Shown in pieces: positions 41,541 to 51,253 of a stretch of DNA of 64,000 nucleotides. Each line of letters starts with the position of its first letter. The stretch's first letter is position 1. The translations under genes and the position numbers were made by a program. The DNA comes from a virus (taxonomy: Duplodnaviria > Caudoviricetes). The DNA is taken from the IMG/VR virus record IMGVR_UViG_3300017914_002346; one strand, written 5' to 3'. The notes under the pieces were generated by a model. That model was not told the origin of the DNA. It searched no databases and saw only the letters and a list, made by a program, of their open reading frames with translations.

Positions 41541-42673
41541 TATACACCACCATTACCACCAGGTCCAGCCGGCTGAGCTGCTGTGTTATTACTACCCACA
41601 CTACCTGAAGTACTGTTTTCATTTCCAAATATATCCCCAGCTTTTTTATTATCAAAAGACCCGGTTCTGTAAAGAGGTTCAATTTCAACAAACTGCAATC
41701 TAACAACTACTTCCATGGGAGCACCGTCATTAAACGTAGAGTTTTGTGTTTCACCGCCATAAGCTACATCTACACTTTGCAAAAAACAGTTTTTAGGTTG
41801 CATATGAAACTCCAAAGGACCACCTTGACGCATATATTTTATTTCCCATTGACATGGTACTTCATAAAAACCAATGTTTGAAGAATTGTCCCTTGCAGGT
41901 AGCATATAGAATAAAAACGTATCACAGATATCTTTTATAACTGCTGATTCGTTACCATTTTTTGGCATCATTCTAAATTCATAACTGAACTGTCTATGTA
42001 AAACACTATTAAAGACTTGAAAAGAAAAGTTGTTAGTTACTCTATTAGTAGCTATACCGGTGATAGCTCTTCTGTTTCCTGAGCTAATTAAATCTTGCAT
42101 AGTACCTGCACCAATATTACCTAATGCTTCCAGTGTACTAATGTTATCTAAGTTACTTGCAGTTTTAACAGCTTGTATACCAATACCACCCAATGCAGCT
42201 GTTTCGTAATCAACACTTGAATTAGTTTCTAAATTTTGAGGTAAATATAAGTTAATACTACCAGCAGTTTTTAATTCATCTGGTAAAGTTTTTAATCCAA
42301 AGTCTAGAGTAGTACCTGTAATGTCTGCAAATCTACCTATTAGATTACCAGCAGCTCCAAAAACGTTTTTAACAGATAAGGGAGCAGAAGTTAATGTATT
42401 AACAGTATTTGAAACAGCATTAGTTAACCCTGCTGCAGTTTGCGCTATACCACCTACACCTGCAGCTATTTGACCTGTAATATTAGATACGCTTGGATTA
42501 AGTCTAGAATAAGCTGGGTTGTTTGCTGGGGGATTAATACCATTTGTACCTTGCATTAAGTTTTCTGTACCACCATATTTCATAACTTTAGGCACAAACC
42601 TAATATAATTAGGAACATCTGTAGTACCTAAGTTTTCTGGAAACCTTAAAGATTTAAAACTAAACCCTGACAT
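41540..42673 (-). CDS. gp48: Baseplate tail-tube cap
   Basis: LRFPE, INLYLP, R.FSYEF.M.PKN..E, F.DGAP..L.F.E; start moved to MSGFSF at 42673. Confidence 0.85.
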   Translation of the reverse strand: MSGFSFKSLRFPENLGTTDVPNYIRFVPKVMKYGGTENLMQGTNGINPPANNPAYSRLNPSVSNITGQIAAGVGGIAQTAAGLTNAVSNTVNTLTSAPLSVKNVFGAAGNLIGRFADITGTTLDFGLKTLPDELKTAGSINLYLPQNLETNSSVDYETAALGGIGIQAVKTASNLDNISTLEALGNIGAGTMQDLISSGNRRAITGIATNRVTNNFSFQVFNSVLHRQFSYEFRMMPKNGNESAVIKDICDTFLFYMLPARDNSSNIGFYEVPCQWEIKYMRQGGPLEFHMQPKNCFLQSVDVAYGGETQNSTFNDGAPMEVVVRLQFVEIEPLYRTGSFDNKKAGDIFGNENSTSGSVGSNNTAAQPAGPGGNGGV

Positions 42674-42680
42674 ATAAATA
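42673..42680 (+). promoter_or_regulatory. Late promoter TATAAATA before gp4
   Basis: Exact consensus. Confidence 0.75.
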
Positions 42681-42707
42681 CCTCGTATAGTGTATTTAAT
42701 AAAGAAA

Positions 42708-43259
42708 ATGGCATATAAAGGCAAATTTACAACGTTTGAAAATCCAGAGAAATATATTGGTGATAAAGATAATGTAATATACAGATCTTTATGGGAACGT
42801 AATGTCATGCGCTGGTTAGATACAAACCCCACTATTGTCGAATGGGGTTCAGAAGAGATGTCAATTACTTATGACCATCCTGTAAGAGGTGGTACTGCAA
42901 GGTATTTTCCAGACTTTATCTTTAAACATAAGAATGGGGAAGTAAAGGTTATTGAAGTTAAACCTTTTAAACAAACCAGAGAGCCAGGCAAACCTAAACG
43001 TCAAACACAACAATATGTAGAGTCTGTAATGACATACGCTGTTAATCAAGAAAAGTGGAAAGCAGCAAAAGAAGTCTGTAAAAGAAATGATATTGTCTTT
43101 GAGATATGGACAGAAGTAAAACTTAAAAAGCTTGGTATACTTAACTGGGAAACAGACAAAGGTGTGCTATTATCAGAATCTAAAAATAGTAGTAAACCTA
43201 AAATGCAACATCTTACAACTAAGAGAAAACCTAGACCTAGACCTAAAAGAAGGTCTTAA
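42708..43259 (+). CDS. gp4: Head completion nuclease
   Basis: MAYKGKF..NPEKY.GD..YRSLWE, YFPDF, IEVKP, NQEKWKAA. Confidence 0.95.
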   Translation: MAYKGKFTTFENPEKYIGDKDNVIYRSLWERNVMRWLDTNPTIVEWGSEEMSITYDHPVRGGTARYFPDFIFKHKNGEVKVIEVKPFKQTREPGKPKRQTQQYVESVMTYAVNQEKWKAAKEVCKRNDIVFEIWTEVKLKKLGILNWETDKGVLLSESKNSSKPKMQHLTTKRKPRPRPKRRS

Positions 43260-44914
43260 ATTGCTGGATCAGCTGATCCGTCATCCATAACAGTTTGATT
43301 AGGTTGTGGTTTTAACTGAATAGCCATATTATTATTAATTTGTTGTTGAGAGAACTGATTAAAGTTCGAACCACCCAAACCAAAAGCTAAACCTGTTCGA
43401 GCACTCTCAGCTTCTCTTCTCTCTCTTCTATATTCTTCTTCAGTTAATTGTCCGTTTTCATTCATCTTTGCTAAAGTTTGTAAGTATTCATCATAACTTC
43501 TACTTGACTTAATAGCTTGTTGATCTAATCTAGCTACTTCAGCTGCTCTTGCTACTTCTTCTGGATCATCTTTTATGCCCAGTTTAATTAAAATAGAGTC
43601 AACAGAATCAGAAACAAAATTAACTATCTTATCTAAAAAACCAGTTAGACTATCAATAATTGGCTGAATACCTGCTACAGCAGTATCAAATTGTTGTTTT
43701 ACCCATGCATCCATTTTTGAAGCTATAGCATCTACATCTTTAGCATCATACATACCAAAAGTAAGTGTTTTAACAATACCATCTGCAATATCGTAAATTA
43801 CTCTATCTACTAACTTAAAAACAGCCATAAGTTTATCACCCAAACTATCAGCCGAACCCCAGTCCTGGCTAAACTCAGACAATCTGTTACCTATGTTAAA
43901 GATAGCGTTTATTATACCACCTATTAACCCTGCTGCAGCTACTAAAGGTGCAGCACCTGCTATCATAGAACCTCCGCCCAGGACAGCTGCTATTTTACCA
44001 ATAGCAAGAAATACAGCACCAATTTTACCTGCAGCAGCAAGTATACCTGCACCAACTTTTAAACCACCTAAAATAACAATTAATTTACCAATATCAGATT
44101 CCCATAAGTTACTAACTACTTGACTAAGGCTTGTATAAATTTCTTTCATTCTTCCAAAGAAACTATCATTATTACCATCACCTTCTTTACCTATCAGTTC
44201 ACCAATATTTTGAATTATATTTTTTATTGGAGGTAAAGAATCTCTCATTCCTTTAAATAAAATTGACAAGTCTTTTTCTAAATAATTTGCTATCCATTCA
44301 ACGTATCCGTTTATATCTCTAGCTAAAGCACCGATACTATTTTCATCCATTCCTAAGAAACCACCTATAACGCTTGCAAGCGCAGAGGACAATCTTTCTG
44401 TCCAATCAATAGGAACATTTTCAAAATACTTATCTGCTTTATTCCACCCTTCTATAAATTTTATAAAACCTACTGTAGCTAACCCTAAACCTAAAGACTT
44501 CTTAAGAAAATCCCAAAAACCTCCAGCTTTTTTGCCTAATTTATCTAAAGCTAACGATTTTTTTAACCCTTTTAAAATGTTTTTTATAGCTTTAGAATCT
44601 TCTCTCATAGAAGCAAAACTTCTAAAAAACTCAAATTTAAAATCCACACCTAAAAATTTAGTTAAAGCGCTTTGAGTACCTTCACCTGAAGTAGTAACAT
44701 CTTTAAGAGTATCAAAAATTGATATAGCTTTTTTAAGTTGAGCTCTTTGATCTTTAACGGCTTTGGATTGTTCTTCTGTTAAGGTTTTAAACCTATCTGC
44801 AGGGAAAGCTTTCATGCTAGTTTCATACATATCTTTAACTTGAGCTTCAGTATTATTCTGCTCTTCAAGTTTTTTACTAATATCTTTTAAAACTTTTAAT
44901 TCATCATCAGCCAT
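43256..44914 (-). CDS. Tape-measure-like protein (gp29 position)
   Basis: Helical, A/G-rich hydrophobic central segment; immediately downstream of gp26/gp51. Confidence 0.55.
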   Translation of the reverse strand: MADDELKVLKDISKKLEEQNNTEAQVKDMYETSMKAFPADRFKTLTEEQSKAVKDQRAQLKKAISIFDTLKDVTTSGEGTQSALTKFLGVDFKFEFFRSFASMREDSKAIKNILKGLKKSLALDKLGKKAGGFWDFLKKSLGLGLATVGFIKFIEGWNKADKYFENVPIDWTERLSSALASVIGGFLGMDENSIGALARDINGYVEWIANYLEKDLSILFKGMRDSLPPIKNIIQNIGELIGKEGDGNNDSFFGRMKEIYTSLSQVVSNLWESDIGKLIVILGGLKVGAGILAAAGKIGAVFLAIGKIAAVLGGGSMIAGAAPLVAAAGLIGGIINAIFNIGNRLSEFSQDWGSADSLGDKLMAVFKLVDRVIYDIADGIVKTLTFGMYDAKDVDAIASKMDAWVKQQFDTAVAGIQPIIDSLTGFLDKIVNFVSDSVDSILIKLGIKDDPEEVARAAEVARLDQQAIKSSRSYDEYLQTLAKMNENGQLTEEEYRRERREAESARTGLAFGLGGSNFNQFSQQQINNNMAIQLKPQPNQTVMDDGSADPAI

Positions 44915-45101
44915 TTTTGTTATTTCTATTCCTTATTTTTTCATTTTCTTCTTCGATGTGTTGTTTAAGAAGAGCTAAGTAAATATCCCTCTCCCACGGC
45001 ATCATATCTTCTATTTCATGTACTGACCAATTATGGTGTTGTTTTAAATTAAAAATTAAATGATAATACTGCAAAAGGTTAATATGAGAGAGGCTTACGA
45101 G
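44907..45101 (-). CDS. gp51: gp51-like baseplate hub assembly segment, probably reached by -1 frameshift from gp26
   Basis: Not in the ORF track; reads LVSLSHINLLQYYHLIFNLKQHHNWSVHEIEDMMPWERDIYLALLKQHIEEEN..; no ATG before the internal MMPWER. Confidence 0.8.
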   Translation of the reverse strand, partial: LVSLSHINLLQYYHLIFNLKQHHNWSVHEIEDMMPWERDIYLALLKQHIEEENEKIRNRNNKNG

Positions 45102-45796
45102 AAAAAATCAGATAGACCCTCCATTTTTAAATTGTTATTAGAATTGCAATATTTACAAGAATAATTTACTTCATGACTTAACTTAGGAATACTAGCTACA
45201 TAATCTTGAAGATTAGCAAATTGATCTGCTGTAAGTTGTTCAATAATATCTAACACGTCTTGAACATCAGTAGTATTAACCTCAATAACTTCCTCTCCAT
45301 AATAAACTTTATAAACTAACATGCTTACAAATTTAAGAATACCTTCTGTTGTATTTTCTATCTGATTAACCATGTCAATATCTGGATCTCTCATTTCAAA
45401 AAAAAGATCATCAGTTACTTTAATTTTATTATTTCTATCTTCTAAATTAATAACTTTTACACTATCTAAATCAACTACAACTTCGTTTTGAGTTTCACAC
45501 TCTGGGCATTTGGCTCCTATTTTAGCAGTTTCACCAACTGACTTAGATCTGATTTTTAAGAATAAATATTCTACATCATAAGATGTCAAATTGTTCACTT
45601 CTTCTCCGACTAAACAATTCATCATTACTCTTTTTAAACTTTCAACCATTTGGTTTTTATCTTCACTTTCGGAAGCTATAAGCAGTACTTTTTCATCACC
45701 TACTTTGAACGGTTTAATTTTAACTTCTTTATTTGATGATGGTACCACCTCACTGTATAAAGGGGTGTTAAGTTTAATATTTTTTAACTGGCTCAT
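45095..45796 (-). CDS. gp26: Baseplate hub assembly protein (gp26-like)
   Basis: PFKVGDEKVLL, DVEYLFLKIRSKSVGE, CxxC twice, EGLSDFF end. Confidence 0.88.
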   Translation of the reverse strand: MSQLKNIKLNTPLYSEVVPSSNKEVKIKPFKVGDEKVLLIASESEDKNQMVESLKRVMMNCLVGEEVNNLTSYDVEYLFLKIRSKSVGETAKIGAKCPECETQNEVVVDLDSVKVINLEDRNNKIKVTDDLFFEMRDPDIDMVNQIENTTEGILKFVSMLVYKVYYGEEVIEVNTTDVQDVLDIIEQLTADQFANLQDYVASIPKLSHEVNYSCKYCNSNNNLKMEGLSDFFS

Positions 45797-46494
45797 TATT
45801 TTATCCTCTCATAATTATGATACTTAAACGTAATAGTTAGTCTAAGTAGATCGCCCTCAGTAGATACAAGCTCTTGTACACCAACGTTAGTTGGATAAAC
45901 TTCGTTAAACCTGTATTCCGCAACTTCTTTACTCCAGCTTTGATTATATTTTATAATCTCTATCCTACTAGTGTAATCTTGATAATAAGAATGTCTTTTA
46001 GAGGATGGATTAAAAATTAAATCTTGCCAGTTTTCAAAAAATCTTCTTTCTCTTAAATCTTCAGAACTGTAATATACAACAGTAAGATCTCCATGCTGGT
46101 GTCTAATACCATATTGTCTCGCTTCACCATAGTCTCTATATTCTGTACTTAGAATGTCTCTTCCTGGTATTTGACATGACTCACAAAATAAAGATAGAGC
46201 TTCTGTCTTACCCCTCTGATTAGTAAGCAACCCTCCAAGAGTTGGTACTTCTAAATTAGTACCTAGAAAAGTATTACCTACATCTAATATATTGTTTATT
46301 CCGTTAACAGCATTATCTAAACTATCTAAACCGGGTAAGTTAATATTAGTTTTAAGCGGACCTTTTGATAATAAATTACTTAAGATATTACCGGTTGATG
46401 TTAATCCTTTGGGAGGGTAAATAATGCTTTGCCAGCGGTTATTTCTAGCTAAACCTTGACTTGATACATTTGCTTTAAATTCACCTATGTTCAT
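45796..46494 (-). CDS. Tail-tube-fold protein (gp54/gp19-like)
   Basis: GLARNNR, C..CQIPG, FFENWQ, YPTNVG, LTITFKY. Confidence 0.75.
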   Translation of the reverse strand: MNIGEFKANVSSQGLARNNRWQSIIYPPKGLTSTGNILSNLLSKGPLKTNINLPGLDSLDNAVNGINNILDVGNTFLGTNLEVPTLGGLLTNQRGKTEALSLFCESCQIPGRDILSTEYRDYGEARQYGIRHQHGDLTVVYYSSEDLRERRFFENWQDLIFNPSSKRHSYYQDYTSRIEIIKYNQSWSKEVAEYRFNEVYPTNVGVQELVSTEGDLLRLTITFKYHNYERIK

Positions 46495-47039
46495 AACTTA
46501 CGCCTCGAATCTCTCCAAACATTTTTAATACTTTCTTTTTGAAAGCTTTCGAAGGGTAATTGAATAGCTATTTCCCATTCATCTCTAGGTATAGTAACAG
46601 GTGTAGATTTTACTTGGTTGAAAAGATATCTCTTTAAACACACTTTTGTCATGTCATTGTTTTCTAAAGCTGACGCTATCTGTTGCATTGACTTACTGTT
46701 ATATTCAATCTCATAGAATAAAGCTGCTCTCATTTTTGGTGGTAAATAGTGAACGTTAGCACCGTACCAACCACCCTTTGCTATGTCTAATACTACTATC
46801 AACGGATGTGTATCATAAAATTTTAATTTGTCTTTATATTTAGGATCATATACATAAGTAACCATACTACCAGGAAAAATTCTATTAGCTCTTAAACCTT
46901 TAGTTACCCTATCAAGATTTCTAATTTTAGAATCTTTTCTAATACGTTGAGCAAACCAATTCATTGATTCCTTAGTACCTAGGGTAATCTCTGCTTTAGC
47001 TGCTAGATCTCTATATCTATTAAATAGTGTATTACTCAT
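46491..47039 (-). CDS. gp2: DNA end protector
   Basis: YDPKYK..L.FYD.HPL, GANVHYLPP..R, KRYL, WEIA..LP.E.F. Confidence 0.92.
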   Translation of the reverse strand: MSNTLFNRYRDLAAKAEITLGTKESMNWFAQRIRKDSKIRNLDRVTKGLRANRIFPGSMVTYVYDPKYKDKLKFYDTHPLIVVLDIAKGGWYGANVHYLPPKMRAALFYEIEYNSKSMQQIASALENNDMTKVCLKRYLFNQVKSTPVTIPRDEWEIAIQLPFESFQKESIKNVWRDSRRKL

Positions 47040-47083
47040 AAATTATTTATTGCGTTTATTATAATCATATCAGGAGATAGTTA

Positions 47084-47248
47084 ATGGAAGATAACAGAGA
47101 TGTAATTGAAGCTGGCCGTGTGGCGTGGAATACATTGTCTACAATAATGGATAACGAACCCGAACTATTCAACAAATATGACGAGTTTAAAGAATTTTAT
47201 GGCTTGTTATGTGATAGATTGTTTGAAAGCGAAGGAGAAACAATGTAA
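47084..47248 (+). CDS. Small hypothetical protein (54 aa)
   Basis: Not in the ORF track; AGGAG SD; MEDNRDVIEAG..; stop overlaps the next ATG. Confidence 0.65.
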   Translation: MEDNRDVIEAGRVAWNTLSTIMDNEPELFNKYDEFKEFYGLLCDRLFESEGETM

Positions 47249-47481
47249 TGCCTGTATATAACTTTGTTAACGAACAAGGTGATATCGAGACTCATACTTT
47301 AAAGTATGCAGAGCTTGAACAATTTAAGAAAGATAACCCTCAACTTACTTACACTATAAGTACACCTAGTTTTGGTAATAGATCTATTGAAAGTGGTAGA
47401 TTACCAGATGCATTCAAAGATAGAATGAGGTTACTTAAAGAAAAACATCCTAAATCTAAAGCGGTAGATCACTTAATATAA
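47248..47481 (+). CDS. Hypothetical protein (FmdB-like N-terminus)
   Basis: MPVYNF..NPQL pattern; GGAG SD. Confidence 0.6.
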   Translation: MPVYNFVNEQGDIETHTLKYAELEQFKKDNPQLTYTISTPSFGNRSIESGRLPDAFKDRMRLLKEKHPKSKAVDHLI

Positions 47482-48629
47482 TGAAAGCATTATCCTCAGA
47501 TGAAAAAGCGTTCTTTGAACGCAAACTTGACGCTATTAAGGAAAAAGTAGAACTAGCAGGCGGTGAGCTTGATGGTGGCATATTTAACTTACCTACTCCT
47601 AAAGAGATCTACGAATACTTAGATAAGTATGTTGTAGGCCAAGAGATGGCTAAGAAAAAACTTTCTGTAGTAGCACATAACCATTATAAAAGACTTCTTA
47701 TTTACAAGGAATCTGACTTTGAGAAAAAACTTGATAAGACTAATTTGATTATGCTTGGACCCACAGGTTCAGGTAAAACTTATCTTATTAAACAGCTAGC
47801 TGATTTTCTTAACGTTCCTTGCTTTGTAGCTGATGCTAATAGTCTTACAGCAGCTGGTTATGTGGGTAAAGATGTAGATACTCTAGTAGAAGGCTTAGTT
47901 GATGCTGCACAAGGTAACTATGATGCAGCTGGTACAGGTATTATCTTTATTGATGAATTTGATAAGATAGCTAAGAGAAAAGTGCCTGGTAGAAGTAGAG
48001 ATGTTGGTGGTGAAGCAGTACAGCAAGCGCTACTTAAAATTATTGAAGGTACCAAAGTTGATATTGAACGAACTACAGGTTTTACCAAAGTAAAGTTTCA
48101 GATAGACACTTCTAATATTCTAGTTATCGTAGGTGGTGCTTTCGTAGATTTAGAAGAGATTGTAGCTAAAAGACTTAAAGTAGGTCCTACTACATCTTTA
48201 GGTTTTGGTGCTGATCTTGAAACAGACATATCTGAACTAGGATTACTACATCATACTAAACCTGAAGACTTAGAAGAGTTTGGTTTTATTCCAGAGATAT
48301 TAGGTCGTATACCTTTAATTGCAACACTTAATGAATTAACGGAAGAAGATCTAGTTAACATCTTGAGTAAAGTAGAAAATAACCTAATTTATCAGTATAA
48401 AGAATTATATAAGTTTTCTGAATTAGAGGTAAACTTTGAGGAAGAATCTCTATTTGAAATTGCTAGATTGGCAAAAGAACAGAAAACCGGAGCGAGAGGA
48501 TTGAAAAGCATTGTAGAGAACTTACTACTTGATAGTATGTTTGATCTTAAGAATGCTAATATTACAGCTAATGATGTCAAAAATATTCAATCACAATTGG
48601 GTAGAAATACCGAAAATAAAGCAGATTAA
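47481..48629 (+). CDS. clpX: ClpX-like AAA+ unfoldase lacking the N-terminal zinc-binding domain
   Basis: GPTGSGKT, GYVG pore loop, IFIDEFDKI, RDVGGEAVQQALLK, LGF loop, TGARGL. Confidence 0.93.
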   Translation: MKALSSDEKAFFERKLDAIKEKVELAGGELDGGIFNLPTPKEIYEYLDKYVVGQEMAKKKLSVVAHNHYKRLLIYKESDFEKKLDKTNLIMLGPTGSGKTYLIKQLADFLNVPCFVADANSLTAAGYVGKDVDTLVEGLVDAAQGNYDAAGTGIIFIDEFDKIAKRKVPGRSRDVGGEAVQQALLKIIEGTKVDIERTTGFTKVKFQIDTSNILVIVGGAFVDLEEIVAKRLKVGPTTSLGFGADLETDISELGLLHHTKPEDLEEFGFIPEILGRIPLIATLNELTEEDLVNILSKVENNLIYQYKELYKFSELEVNFEEESLFEIARLAKEQKTGARGLKSIVENLLLDSMFDLKNANITANDVKNIQSQLGRNTENKAD

Positions 48630-49251
48630 TACTGAGGACGGAAGAAGATATGAGGTTAATGAGAAAGCTAAATATCCATCTATTACAACTGTCCTTAGTA
48701 AGACTAAAGATCTACGTCCTCTTCTCGAATGGCGTAAAAGGGTTGGCGAAGAGTATGCGCAGAAAGTTACGACAGCTGCTACTACACGTGGAACATCAAT
48801 GCATAAACTCTGCGAGAATTATCTTCTCAACGAAGAATTGGATGATCTTGGTTCTACTTCTGGTGAGTTACTTTTTAGGGGAATTCGACCTTACTTAGAT
48901 AGGATAGATAATGTACGAGCACTTGAATCAGGACTCTTCTCTCATAAACTACATGTCGCCGGAACTGTTGACTGCATTGCGGACTATGACGGTGAACTCT
49001 CAATTATTGACTTCAAAACAGCGCGAACTGTTAAGCGAGAGTCTTATATTCACGACTACTTCATGCAAGGGGCGTTCTACTTCACATCGTTCTATGAACT
49101 AACAGGTGAGTTACCTAAACAGATACTTATACTTATATCAGTCCAAGATGGTTCTGTACAAGAGTTTAAAGTAAGAGGTAGAGACATAATACATTGGACT
49201 GAACAGTTAAAGGAAAGGATTAAGCAGTATGAATCTTCTCAAGCCAAGTGA
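48571..49251 (+). CDS. PD-(D/E)XK exonuclease (Cas4/RecB-like)
   Basis: YPSITTVL, RGT.MH, AGTVDC, IIDFKT, Q..FY. Confidence 0.85.
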   Translation: MMSKIFNHNWVEIPKIKQINTEDGRRYEVNEKAKYPSITTVLSKTKDLRPLLEWRKRVGEEYAQKVTTAATTRGTSMHKLCENYLLNEELDDLGSTSGELLFRGIRPYLDRIDNVRALESGLFSHKLHVAGTVDCIADYDGELSIIDFKTARTVKRESYIHDYFMQGAFYFTSFYELTGELPKQILILISVQDGSVQEFKVRGRDIIHWTEQLKERIKQYESSQAK

Positions 49252-49447
49252 TATTGCTAATGCTGCTACTGATATTGCTGAGTTCGTCGAAACCAGCGAA
49301 CTAGCAGATAGAGATAAACAAAAGATTTTAGAGATGGTAAGAGATTTCTATACAGATAAGAATGAACATATTATTGATCAGTACTTAGCAACATTAGCTC
49401 AACGTACTATAGATAAACATTTTCCACAGACAGGATTTGAACAATAA
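49229..49447 (+). CDS. Hypothetical protein
   Basis: Coupled ORF within the operon. Confidence 0.6.
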   Translation: MNLLKPSDIANAATDIAEFVETSELADRDKQKILEMVRDFYTDKNEHIIDQYLATLAQRTIDKHFPQTGFEQ

Positions 49448-49686
49448 TGTTTTCATCTGATAGTGAAATACGTAAAAGAATTAAAAATTTAGCAGAAGAA
49501 ATAGAAAGTTTAAGAAAAATTTCTCCTGAACTTAACTATATTGAATGTACAGTTGAAATCTGTGAACGGTATAGCATTGAATTTGAATCTGTAAAAAAGA
49601 TACTACCTAAAGTAATTAAAGAAAAGATTGAAGCAGATGCTATGGAACTCAACATGCTTAAGTATAAAAGTAACAGGATAACATGA
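49447..49686 (+). CDS. gp33: Late transcription coactivator
   Basis: YIE..C....IE.E...K.....KEKIE.DA..LN.L; upstream of gp59 and gp32. Confidence 0.85.
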   Translation: MFSSDSEIRKRIKNLAEEIESLRKISPELNYIECTVEICERYSIEFESVKKILPKVIKEKIEADAMELNMLKYKSNRIT

Positions 49687-50270
49687 CAAAAGATGGGTAT
49701 GAAGTATACATTATGTACTTGGCTTTACAACGTCATTTCAGTACTAATTACGATTACTTTCAATATAACGGAAGGGTTAAGGCGTCTGCAGATTCGTATT
49801 CTAACAGAAATGACCTCTTCAGCTTCGAAAAGCTTACTAAAATCATTAAAGCAGAAGACAGAGAAGACTTCTTCGTAGCACACTTTTTAGATAACCCTAA
49901 AGAGTGGATACGTAATATGTCTAAAGCTAAGTTAGACGAATACAAAGCTACTTACAAAAATTTTCCTAACAAGTTTAAAGAAGACTTAGAGTTTATTAAA
50001 CTTAATGGTCCTCATAATATGATACATCATACTAAAGATGAAATTCCCGGTATACACAAATATTGTATTAATAACACACTTTCTATAGAAACAGTTATAG
50101 TATTAAATGATATTTTTCCGTTTCTTGATAGACATGAAAATGAAGTTAGTGTGCCATTTGTATGGCCTGATTATATTTCTAAAGTCTATAACTACAGACC
50201 TTTCGTCCAGAAAAAATTGAAGAATGACTTTATAAATATTGTAGACATTGCGCGCAATGTCTTATTTTAA
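49683..50270 (+). CDS. gp59: Helicase loader
   Basis: Y..YLAL..HF...YDYF.YNG; Y.PF near C-terminus; synteny. Confidence 0.88.
   Translation: MTKDGYEVYIMYLALQRHFSTNYDYFQYNGRVKASADSYSNRNDLFSFEKLTKIIKAEDREDFFVAHFLDNPKEWIRNMSKAKLDEYKATYKNFPNKFKEDLEFIKLNGPHNMIHHTKDEIPGIHKYCINNTLSIETVIVLNDIFPFLDRHENEVSVPFVWPDYISKVYNYRPFVQKKLKNDFINIVDIARNVLF
50231..50238 (+). promoter_or_regulatory. Late promoter TATAAATA upstream of gp32
   Basis: Exact consensus. Confidence 0.65.
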
Positions 50271-50303
50271 CGAAACGACGAAACATCGATAAGGAGAAAC
50301 TAT

Positions 50304-51206
50304 ATGTCATTTCAAGATTATCTAAAAAACCGTCAAGATGCCTTTGCAACTATGACAGACTCTCTCAAAAAAGAAGTTAATAACGAAAATCGTCCAGGTG
50401 ATGATGATCGTATCTGGAAACCTAAAATGGGTAAGGACAATACAGGTTATGCTGTAGTGCGCTTTCTTCCAGGTAAAGATGTTAACAAGACTCCATGGGT
50501 ACGAGTATACTCACATGGTTTTCAAGGACCAACCGGTAAGTGGTATATTGAAAAGTCGCGTACTACTCTAGGTGAACAAGATCCTGTATCAGAGTATAAC
50601 TCTAAGTTATGGAACTCTGGTATTGAGTCTAATAAAGAAGTAGCGCGTAAACAGAAGCGTCGTACATCTTATTATGCTAACGTTCTAGTGGTTAAAGACC
50701 CTGCTAACCCTATGAATGAAGGTAAAGTTATGATCTATCAATTTGGTCAAAAGATCTTTGATAAGATTATGGCTTCTATGCAACCAGAATTTGCTGATGA
50801 AGAAGCAGTAAATCCATTTGATCTAATCGAAGGTGCTAACTTTAGAGTTAAGATTAAGATTGTATCTGGCTATTGGAACTATGATTCCTCTGAGTTTGAA
50901 CGTGCGTCAGCGTTGTCAGAAGATGAAAGTAAGCTAGAATCAGTGTTCAACGCTCAGCATGATGTGCATGAATTTATTGAACCGTCTTCGTTTAAGTCAT
51001 ATGAAGAACTGAATACTAAGTTAATGGGTGTGTTAGGTAATGTAGAAGAAGCTAATACTATGTCACCTGTATCAGTTCCAACTGCAGAGACAACAGAAAC
51101 GCAAGAAGAGTTTAGTGCTGTATTTGATAAACCAGCAGATACTACTTCTTCGAGTAGCGATGATGATGATCTAGAAGATTATTTCAAATCATTAGCTGCT
51201 GACTAA
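50304..51206 (+). CDS. gp32: Single-stranded DNA-binding protein
   Basis: DDRIWKP, AVVRFLP, HGFQGP.G.WYIE, FGQKIFDKI, GANF, NYD.SEF, acidic tail. Confidence 0.97.
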   Translation: MSFQDYLKNRQDAFATMTDSLKKEVNNENRPGDDDRIWKPKMGKDNTGYAVVRFLPGKDVNKTPWVRVYSHGFQGPTGKWYIEKSRTTLGEQDPVSEYNSKLWNSGIESNKEVARKQKRRTSYYANVLVVKDPANPMNEGKVMIYQFGQKIFDKIMASMQPEFADEEAVNPFDLIEGANFRVKIKIVSGYWNYDSSEFERASALSEDESKLESVFNAQHDVHEFIEPSSFKSYEELNTKLMGVLGNVEEANTMSPVSVPTAETTETQEEFSAVFDKPADTTSSSSDDDDLEDYFKSLAAD

Positions 51207-51224
51207 TATGCCATTGTAGCGTAG

Positions 51225-51253
51225 AAAAGAGGGTCTATAGACCCTCTTTTTTT
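51225..51253. terminator. Probable bidirectional intrinsic terminator
   Basis: Perfect palindrome AAAAGAGGGTCTATAGACCCTCTTTT between convergent genes. Confidence 0.85.

Noticed and set aside
48571-49251. CRISPR-associated Cas4
   Set aside because: No Fe-S cysteine set and no cas context; consistent with the stand-alone exonuclease common in T4-like phages
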